Shown here one piece after another: positions 56,181-63,129 of a DNA stretch of 64,000 nucleotides. The notes beneath the pieces are model-generated. The model ran no database searches. It was not told where the DNA came from and was given only the letters and a program-made list of their open reading frames with translations. Source of the DNA: a virus (lineage: Duplodnaviria; Caudoviricetes); the IMG/VR virus record IMGVR_UViG_3300048861_000079, positions 22,932 through 86,931 of that record; one strand, written 5' to 3'. Position 1 is the stretch's first letter, and the number at the start of each line of letters is the position of its first letter. The translations under genes and the position numbers were made by a program.

Positions 56181-56660
56181 GTGGTTGTAAAGGGAAAGCG
56201 CCCGATCGTAATCTCGACCGACACCAAGGCGTTCATCGAGGAGTGCGGCAAGGAGATCATCGCAAAGCTGGGCGACCAGTGGTTCGAAGTCGATGGCACG
56301 CCTACCGCGACCGTGAAATACAAGGACGGCACCTTCAAGAAGAAGCCGCTGATCGCCGGCTGGAACTTCAAGCTGGAATATTGCTACGTCGGCCAGCGCG
56401 GCGCTCTGATCTTCGGCCTGACGCCGGAAGACTCCCAGGAATATGAGTTCATCGAAATGGACGCGAAGCAGATGGACACGACCTTTCCGATGGTCGGCCC
56501 CGCGGTGGCTCCCTTGTTCGCCTTGGAAGGCGAGAAGATGCACGTCATCCTCGAAGAGGTCATCGCCAAGCGCATGTCCGAGGAAGCCGAGCGCAAGAAG
56601 GTCGAGAAGGTCCAGGCTGAGACCAACTACGACGACAACGAAGAATATGGAATGTTCTGA
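56181..56660 (+). CDS. hypothetical protein (159 aa)
   Basis: AAGGA RBS, GTG start; ends YDDNEEYGMF. Confidence 0.65.
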   Translation: MVVKGKRPIVISTDTKAFIEECGKEIIAKLGDQWFEVDGTPTATVKYKDGTFKKKPLIAGWNFKLEYCYVGQRGALIFGLTPEDSQEYEFIEMDAKQMDTTFPMVGPAVAPLFALEGEKMHVILEEVIAKRMSEEAERKKVEKVQAETNYDDNEEYGMF

Positions 56661-57238
56661 TGGGTAGAATTCTGATTGCGGGCCTCGACGGCTCGCTGCG
56701 TAACTTCGGCATCGCCACCGCGTGGCTGGATCTGGAGAGCCTCGAGCTGGAGATCAGGGAGCTGACGATTATCAAGACCGCGCCGTCCAAGGACAAGCAG
56801 GTCCGCGCCTCCTCCGACAATCTGGCGCGCGCTATGGAGATCAAGACCGGCGCGCACAATGCGCTGAAGGGCGTCACGACGGCGTTCTACGAAGTGCCGT
56901 CCGGTGGTCAGGACTATCACTCGGTCCTCGGCTTCGGTATCGTCATTGGCACCTATGCCGCCCTGCCGGTGCCGGGCATGGAAGTCTCGCCCTATGAGAC
57001 GAAGTTGGCGGCTCTCGGCACCAAGACGGCGTCGAAGGAAGAGATGATCGAGTGGGCATTTGAGAAGTATCCGAACGCGCCATGGCGCACGAAGAAGCTG
57101 AAGGGTCAGATCCTTCCGACCAAGGATAACGAGCACGTCGCCGATGGCGTGGCGATTATGGAGGCCGGGATCAAGACGCCCTCATTCCAGCAGACGCTTG
57201 CGATCCTCCGGGCAAATACGATGGCTCTCGCAGCCTAA
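56660..57238 (+). CDS. ruvC: RuvC-like Holliday junction resolvase
   Basis: IAGLDGSLRNFG, YEVP, HVADGVAI. Confidence 0.75.
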   Translation: MGRILIAGLDGSLRNFGIATAWLDLESLELEIRELTIIKTAPSKDKQVRASSDNLARAMEIKTGAHNALKGVTTAFYEVPSGGQDYHSVLGFGIVIGTYAALPVPGMEVSPYETKLAALGTKTASKEEMIEWAFEKYPNAPWRTKKLKGQILPTKDNEHVADGVAIMEAGIKTPSFQQTLAILRANTMALAA

Positions 57239-57255
57239 TTTATTTGTCAAGTCTA

Positions 57256-57275
57256 GTAAGTAAATACTTACTTAT
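57256..57275. promoter_or_regulatory. 20-bp palindromic operator
   Basis: GTAAGTAAATACTTACTTAT. Confidence 0.8.
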
Positions 57276-57336
57276 TTATAGTGCGAACCCATCCTCGTGA
57301 TGGGTTCCTTCAACTCCCGAACCTACGAGTTTCGCC

Positions 57337-58329
57337 ATGCTTTTTGAACGCCAGGTCGAGCGTCTGCCCGATCACTACCCTTGGGCACAAGACTTTATCG
57401 AAGCCATGCAGGAAGGCTTCTGGACCGCCAAGAAGTTCACCTTCGACAGCGATGTCACCGACTACGAGCTCCGCCTGACCGAGGAAGAGCGCCAGGTCGT
57501 CAAGCGCTGTCTTGCGGCGATCGCTCAGATCGAGGTCGCGGTGAAGAAGTTCTGGGCGCGCCTCGGCGACAACCTTCCCCATCCGTCCATCACCGATCTC
57601 GGGATCACGATGGGCTACATCGAGGTCATCCACAACAACGCCTACGAGAAGCTCCTGAAGCGCCTCGGCCTGGTCAACGTGTTCAAGGAGAACATGACCG
57701 TTCCGGCGATCGCCGGTCGCGTCGGCTATCTCAACAAGCACAATGAAAAGGTCTATGGCAACGACCGCAAGCAGTATGTCTACAGCCTGATCCTGTTCAC
57801 GCTGTTTGTGGAGAACGTAAGCCTTTTCAGCCAGTTCTACGTGATCCTGTGGCTGAACCGCTACCACAACGTCTTCAAGGACGCTGCCCAGCAGGTTAAG
57901 TATACCCGCAACGAGGAGCTCCTCCACGCGCAGGCCGGCATCCGCATCATCAACACGCTCCGGAAGGAATATCCGGACCTGTTCGACGCCGAGCTCGAGG
58001 AAAAGATCGTCTCTGAAACCCGTGAGGCTTTCATTGCTGAATGCGCCCTCATCGATTGGATGATCGGTGACTTCGAAAAGATGGGCCACGACGAACAGGG
58101 TAACGAGCGTCCGCTGAACAAGCGGATCCTCAAGACCTACCTCGCCGACCGCTTCAACCAGAGCCTCGAGGCTATCGGCTACGAGCGGCAGTTCCCCGTC
58201 TCCAAGGACGATCTCGCGAAGACCTTCTGGATGACCGAGGGCCTCTACGCCCCGTCCAAGGTCGACTTCTTCCATGGCGAACCGACCGAATACTCGCAGG
58301 CGGATCAGCCTGACGACGACGACTTCTAA
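57337..58329 (+). CDS. nrdB: class I ribonucleotide reductase beta subunit
   Basis: FW, E..H..AY, ENVSLFSQF, RNEELLH, DFF. Confidence 0.9.
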   Translation: MLFERQVERLPDHYPWAQDFIEAMQEGFWTAKKFTFDSDVTDYELRLTEEERQVVKRCLAAIAQIEVAVKKFWARLGDNLPHPSITDLGITMGYIEVIHNNAYEKLLKRLGLVNVFKENMTVPAIAGRVGYLNKHNEKVYGNDRKQYVYSLILFTLFVENVSLFSQFYVILWLNRYHNVFKDAAQQVKYTRNEELLHAQAGIRIINTLRKEYPDLFDAELEEKIVSETREAFIAECALIDWMIGDFEKMGHDEQGNERPLNKRILKTYLADRFNQSLEAIGYERQFPVSKDDLAKTFWMTEGLYAPSKVDFFHGEPTEYSQADQPDDDDF

Positions 58330-58345
58330 GAAAGGAAAAGACGAA

Positions 58346-60028
58346 ATGCGTCCTGATTACGCACACCTGAACCAGGTGTCGCTCAAGACGCTTTCGCGTG
58401 GATATCTGCGCGAAGGCATTGAGCCTGAAAACCTGAAGAGCGAGGCGATCGCCCGCTCAGAAGCCATGGTCGATGCGGCTGAGAAGATCCTCGGCCGCAA
58501 GCTTCCGATGCTGCGCAAGGGCATGCGCCGTGGCTGGGTCTCGCCCGCCTCCCCGGTCTGGTCGAACTTCGGCGTCAGCCGCGGTCTGCCCATCAGCTGC
58601 AACGGCAGCTTCATGGATGACGACATGGACTCCATCCTCTTCAAGAATGCCGAGATCGGCATGATGACGAAGGAAGGCGCCGGCACGTCGGTCTATGTCG
58701 GCAAGCTTCGCCCGTTCGGGTCGCCGATCTCCGGCGGTGGTCACTCGGAAGGCCCGGTCCATTTCCTGCGCCTGCCCCAGGAACAGGTCACTGTCGTCTC
58801 GCAGTCGAATGTGCGCCGCGGCAACTGCGCCGCCTACATCGACATCGAACACGAAGACATCGACCGGATGATGGATATCCGCTCGATCGCCGGCGGCGTC
58901 CATCACCCGATCCAGCATCTCTCCTTCGGCGTCGTCATCGGCGACGACTGGATGAACGAGATGCTGGCCGAGCCGAAGGGCGGCCCGAAGCGCAAGCTGA
59001 TGGCGAAGATCCGTAACAAGCGGCGTGAGACGGGCTTCCCCTACATCATGTTCCGCGACAATGCGAACAACGCGCGTCCGGATATCCTTAAGCGGCTCAA
59101 GCTGCTGATCTATGCGTCCAACCTCTGCACCGAGGTCATGCTGCCGTCTGGTCCGGATGAGTCCTTCGTCTGCGACCTGTCGTCTGCCAACCTGCTCTAT
59201 TACCACGAGTGGAAGGGCACGACCTTCATTCGGGAGATGATCTACTTCCTCGATGCGATCATGTCCGAATACATCAACAAGACCCGTGGAAAGCGGCTGC
59301 TTGCCGATGCACATCGGTTCGCCGTTCGCTGGCGCGCTGTCGGCCTCGGCACGCTCGGCTGGCACTCCCTGCTGCAGTCACGGATGATTGCGATTGAGAG
59401 CCAGGAAGCCCGCAACCTCAACATCGAGGTTCACGAGCATGTGGCCCGCGAGTCCCACGCGGCTTCGCGTGAGATGGCGGTCATCTATGGCGAGCCGGAA
59501 GGATTGAAGGGCACGGGCTACCGTAACCTGACGGTCAACGCGATCGCGCCTACCACGAGCTCCTCGATCATCTGCGGCCAGGTCTCGCAGTCGATTGAGC
59601 CGTGGGCTGCCAACATCTTCGAAAACGACAATGCCAAGGGTGTCTTCACCCAGCGCAATGTCCACCTCGAGGCGCTGCTGGAAGCCAAGGGTCAGAACAC
59701 GCCGGAAGTCTGGCTGTCGATCCTGCAGGCAGCCGGCTCGGTCCAGCATCTCGATATCCTGACGGATCACGAGAAGGCCGTCTTCAAGACCTTCGTGGAA
59801 ATCGACCAGGCGGAGCTCATTCGTCAGACCGGCGATCGCCAGAAGTTCATCGACCAGGGCATCAGCCACAACATCATCCTGCCGCCCGAGGCATCGATGA
59901 AGGAGGACATCGACCTGATCGTGCTCGCCTGGAGGTCCGGTTTGAAGTCCCTCTACTACCGCAAGGGGCTCAATAAGGCACAGGAGCTCGCCCGCGCGAA
60001 TGCGTCCTGCGTGGCGTGTGAAGCATAA
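58346..60028 (+). CDS. nrdA: class I ribonucleotide reductase alpha subunit (no ATP cone)
   Basis: PISC, RRG, SNLCTE, CDLSS, IAPTTSSS, KSLYY, C-terminal CxxC. Confidence 0.93.
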   Translation: MRPDYAHLNQVSLKTLSRGYLREGIEPENLKSEAIARSEAMVDAAEKILGRKLPMLRKGMRRGWVSPASPVWSNFGVSRGLPISCNGSFMDDDMDSILFKNAEIGMMTKEGAGTSVYVGKLRPFGSPISGGGHSEGPVHFLRLPQEQVTVVSQSNVRRGNCAAYIDIEHEDIDRMMDIRSIAGGVHHPIQHLSFGVVIGDDWMNEMLAEPKGGPKRKLMAKIRNKRRETGFPYIMFRDNANNARPDILKRLKLLIYASNLCTEVMLPSGPDESFVCDLSSANLLYYHEWKGTTFIREMIYFLDAIMSEYINKTRGKRLLADAHRFAVRWRAVGLGTLGWHSLLQSRMIAIESQEARNLNIEVHEHVARESHAASREMAVIYGEPEGLKGTGYRNLTVNAIAPTTSSSIICGQVSQSIEPWAANIFENDNAKGVFTQRNVHLEALLEAKGQNTPEVWLSILQAAGSVQHLDILTDHEKAVFKTFVEIDQAELIRQTGDRQKFIDQGISHNIILPPEASMKEDIDLIVLAWRSGLKSLYYRKGLNKAQELARANASCVACEA

Positions 60029-60044
60029 TGGGGATCGATACCTG

Positions 60045-60263
60045 ATGAGCTACCTGATCATGACCAAGCCGGGCTGCAACTACTGCACCCGCGCCAAGGC
60101 TCTTCTCAAGAGCCAGAATATCCCGTTCTCGGTTGTCGACCATGACACGCCGGAGAAGATCGAGCGGTTCAAGGCGAACGGCTACACGTCCTTCCCGCAG
60201 ATCTTCCATGACGGAGTTCTGGTAGGCGGCCACGACGACCTGGTCGACTATCTCGAATACTGA
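60045..60263 (+). CDS. glutaredoxin (NrdH-like)
   Basis: CNYC, SFPQIF, VGG. Confidence 0.85.
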   Translation: MSYLIMTKPGCNYCTRAKALLKSQNIPFSVVDHDTPEKIERFKANGYTSFPQIFHDGVLVGGHDDLVDYLEY

Positions 60264-60278
60264 CGATCAAAAGCGCGC

Positions 60279-60304
60279 GCATCCCAGCTTTGCGCGCGCT
60301 ATAA
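60279..60304 (+). promoter_or_regulatory. class-II promoter
   Basis: GCATCCC-N12-GCTATAA. Confidence 0.65.
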
Positions 60305-60305
60305 A

Positions 60306-60325
60306 GTAAGTAAACACTTATTTAA
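60306..60325. promoter_or_regulatory. 20-bp operator
   Basis: GTAAGTAAACACTTATTTAA. Confidence 0.75.
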
Positions 60326-60335
60326 TGAGGGAAGC

Positions 60336-61211
60336 ATGTCTGGTAAGGAACGCATGTTCGTCAACGTGATCAAGGCGTCGAAGTCGGCCCTTGGCGGTTC
60401 GACGCTGTTCACCGTCCACGCGCGATATCCGCGCATCTTTCATTCGGAGCTGATGACGCACCGCGACTTCAGCCGTAACGCCGGCTCCTCGCGCGCCAAG
60501 CCGATCGCCAAGGTTATCGCCGAGGTCTGGCGCACCCCGTTCGTGCCGTGGCATTGGGGTAAGAACCAGAAGGGAATGCAGGCTGGCGAGGAGATCGGCG
60601 GCTGGAAGCTTAAGGTCGCCCGAGGCGTCTGGGTCGGAATGTCCAAGGTCGCCTGTGTCGCAGCTTACACGCTCGACAAGCTCGGCTTCCATAAGCAGAT
60701 CCCGAATCGCCTTCTTGAGCCCTTCACCTACATCGACGTCCTGATCTCCTCGACCAAGTGGGATAACTTCCTCTGGCTGCGCGATCACAAGGACGCTGAG
60801 CCGCATTTCCAGGATTTGGCGGCGATGTTCCGGGAGGCGCTCGAAAACGCGTCTGTGGAGATCTTGCAGCCCGGCGAGTGGCACCTGCCCTACGTGACGG
60901 TATTCGAGAAGAAGCTTCCGCTGGCGACCCAGCAGATGCTCTCGGTCGCTCGCTGCGCCCGCATCTCCTATCAGCCGTTCGATGGTGACGCTTCGATCGA
61001 AAAGGAGATCCAGCGCTACAACCTGCTGGTCGGATCTACGCCGCTCCATGCCTCGCCGGCCGAGCACCAGGCCACGCCGGATGGCAAGGCTCCTATCGGC
61101 CTCACCGACGTCTGGGATTGGGAGCACCCCGAGCTTTCCGGCAACTTCGACGCTGGCTGGATCCAGTATCGCAAGACGCTTCCCGGCGAAGTCTATCGCC
61201 AGGCCGCATGA
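60336..61211 (+). CDS. thyX: flavin-dependent thymidylate synthase
   Basis: HSELMTHRDFSRNAGSSRA; phage-type HKQIPNRLLEP and LHASPAEHQA. Confidence 0.8.
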   Translation: MSGKERMFVNVIKASKSALGGSTLFTVHARYPRIFHSELMTHRDFSRNAGSSRAKPIAKVIAEVWRTPFVPWHWGKNQKGMQAGEEIGGWKLKVARGVWVGMSKVACVAAYTLDKLGFHKQIPNRLLEPFTYIDVLISSTKWDNFLWLRDHKDAEPHFQDLAAMFREALENASVEILQPGEWHLPYVTVFEKKLPLATQQMLSVARCARISYQPFDGDASIEKEIQRYNLLVGSTPLHASPAEHQATPDGKAPIGLTDVWDWEHPELSGNFDAGWIQYRKTLPGEVYRQAA

Positions 61212-61423
61212 TGGAAGCGGAGATCTCCACCAAGTCAATCAACCTCGATGTTGATGTCGAGGAGTTCAGCACCGGCTGGTGCTACCGCTTCCCTGGAAAC
61301 GATCCGACCGCGCAGTGGCGCGGTCCATACCTCAACGAGCAAGCCGCTACCGATGCCGGCATCGCTGCGATCGAGGAATTCATGACCTATCACGTCGCCG
61401 ACATGCTCGGCCTTAGCAACTGA
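61208..61423 (+). CDS. hypothetical protein (71 aa)
   Basis: ATGA-coupled to thyX. Confidence 0.55.
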   Translation: MMEAEISTKSINLDVDVEEFSTGWCYRFPGNDPTAQWRGPYLNEQAATDAGIAAIEEFMTYHVADMLGLSN

Positions 61424-61433
61424 GGAAACTACA

Positions 61434-61931
61434 ATGGGCGCATCCGTTCCCGCAAACATTCTCTCCATCCCGACCAAGCGCCTGACGCCTGCGGCAAAGC
61501 TTCCGACTTACGGTTCGGCTGAAGCCGCCGGCATGGATCTCTATGTCGACCTGTCCGGTATGGTCGGCTATGACGCTGAGCAGGATCCTGCCGAAGGCGT
61601 CGTCTTCACGCTCTACGCTGGTCAGCGGGCGCTGCTGGAGACCAACATCGCAATGGAGATCCCGACGGGCTATTACGGCCAGATCAAGCCGCGCTCCGGT
61701 CTCGCCTACAAGAACGGCATTGTCGTCCTCGGCGGCGTGATCGACAGCGACTATCGCGACGGCATCGGCGTGATCCTGCTCAACTCGGGCAAGGAGAACG
61801 TCCAGTTCAAGCACAATGACCGCATCGCCCAGATGGTGCTCCTCGAGCACTACACCGGCCATCTCTTCGAAGTGGATGAGCTCGGCGACACTGTTCGCGG
61901 CACCGGCGGCTTCGGCTCGACGGGCGCCTGA
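61434..61931 (+). CDS. dut: trimeric dUTPase
   Basis: AGMDL, PRSG, GVIDSDYR, RIAQ, RGTGGFGSTG. Confidence 0.95.
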   Translation: MGASVPANILSIPTKRLTPAAKLPTYGSAEAAGMDLYVDLSGMVGYDAEQDPAEGVVFTLYAGQRALLETNIAMEIPTGYYGQIKPRSGLAYKNGIVVLGGVIDSDYRDGIGVILLNSGKENVQFKHNDRIAQMVLLEHYTGHLFEVDELGDTVRGTGGFGSTGA

Positions 61932-62551
61932 TGCTTTACGGGCTCACTGGATCTTCTGGGACTGGCAAGACCACTCTTGCCAGGACCGTCGCCGAGTCCC
62001 TATCGGCTGAGTTCGTCGCGACGTCGATCACGGCGAGCGGCAGGCGCCACGGTTATGATCCCGTGGGGCTTATGTCGCTCCAGGACCGTATCAAGCTTCA
62101 GCACCATCTCCTCGATGACCTGGTGGAGCTCATCAAGAACGCCAAGCGCCCGGCCATCATGGACCGGACGCCCATCGACCTGATCGGTTACATGTATGCG
62201 GAGATCGATATGCACTCGCATCTTCGGCTCTCGCAGGTTGATATCGCTCGGATCGAAGCCTACCGGCAGCGCTGCCTCGATGAGACGGTGCGGTGGTTTG
62301 ACCACGTTTTCGTGACGACGCCCCTGCCCGTCTACGAGACTGCGGAGACCCGGCCCGTGGCGAATGCTGCCTACCAGCAGCACTCCCAGATGATCATGGA
62401 GGCATCCATTTACTCGCTCACCGGGAGGGTGAATTTCTCCATCTTGCGGCCGCCTGGCCTCGAGACCCGCGTTGAGCACGTCCACGACACCATCGTCGCC
62501 AGGATGAACATCATCGATCGGCAGCGGCGCGGCGCAACGGGACTTCACTAA
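61931..62551 (+). CDS. P-loop nucleotide kinase (AAA_28/dNMP kinase-like)
   Basis: GSSGTGKTT, DRTPID. Confidence 0.7.
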   Translation: MLYGLTGSSGTGKTTLARTVAESLSAEFVATSITASGRRHGYDPVGLMSLQDRIKLQHHLLDDLVELIKNAKRPAIMDRTPIDLIGYMYAEIDMHSHLRLSQVDIARIEAYRQRCLDETVRWFDHVFVTTPLPVYETAETRPVANAAYQQHSQMIMEASIYSLTGRVNFSILRPPGLETRVEHVHDTIVARMNIIDRQRRGATGLH

Positions 62552-62569
62552 ATTCGCGAATGAATTTGT

Positions 62570-62595
62570 GCATCCCAAGTCAAGCGCTGCTATAA
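62570..62595 (+). promoter_or_regulatory. class-II promoter
   Basis: GCATCCC-N12-GCTATAA. Confidence 0.65.
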
Positions 62596-62602
62596 AGAAA
62601 CT

Positions 62603-62622
62603 ATAAGTAAGCACATACTGAC
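62603..62622. promoter_or_regulatory. 20-bp operator
   Basis: ATAAGTAAGCACATACTGAC. Confidence 0.65.
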
Positions 62623-62633
62623 AGCGAGGCGAC

Positions 62634-62717
62634 ATGAAGAATTGTTTCGGACACTTCATCGTCGCCTCCGCCTACCTCTTTGTCATCGCTATGTGCCTCT
62701 ACCCGTTTTCAAAGTGA
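62634..62717 (+). CDS. small hydrophobic peptide (27 aa), not in the ORF track
   Basis: MKNCFGHFIVASAYLFVIAMCLYPFSK; GAGG RBS; first ORF after a promoter. Confidence 0.45.
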   Translation: MKNCFGHFIVASAYLFVIAMCLYPFSK

Positions 62718-62724
62718 GGAAAGA

Positions 62725-63123
62725 ATGAAGACCGAGACCGCCCATCAGGAAGAGACCATCGCATCGGTGCGCGCTGATCTGCAGCTGCGCCAGGATGCCG
62801 CCGTCGAGGCCAGTCGCATTGCTTGCAAGCGCAAGCTTTTGGAAGCTCTTGTCCACGCCGGCCGTGAGGCTGAGACCCACTTTCAGGCCGCCAAGGCCCG
62901 CAAGAAGCTTCTCAAGGGCGTGCTGAACGACCTGGAGCAACTCGACGGCGAAGACGATCTCGAGATCAAGGAACTTCAGGATCTTTTGGTTAAGACGCGC
63001 GATGCGATCGACGGCACTGTTTCGACCGCTGTTCTCGCCTTCGCCGCTACGCCGGCAGAAACGCCGGCAGAAACGCCGGCAGAACCGCCGTTCGCTCTGT
63101 CGCCGGCCCGGTTCGCCGCCTAA
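62725..63123 (+). CDS. hypothetical coiled-coil protein (132 aa) with TPAE x3 repeat
   Basis: GAGGA RBS; 12-bp tandem repeat near 63049-63084. Confidence 0.65.
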   Translation: MKTETAHQEETIASVRADLQLRQDAAVEASRIACKRKLLEALVHAGREAETHFQAAKARKKLLKGVLNDLEQLDGEDDLEIKELQDLLVKTRDAIDGTVSTAVLAFAATPAETPAETPAEPPFALSPARFAA

Positions 63124-63129
63124 CACGAA

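Noticed and set aside
42233-60028. Inteins or introns in dnaE, recA or nrdA
   Set aside because: Lengths and motif spacing are continuous, with no intein splice motifs or homing endonuclease ORFs.
161-62622. 20-bp palindromes as a CRISPR array or REP/iteron repeats
   Set aside because: Dispersed singly or in pairs at promoters, with no regular spacers and no cas genes; not clustered at repC.
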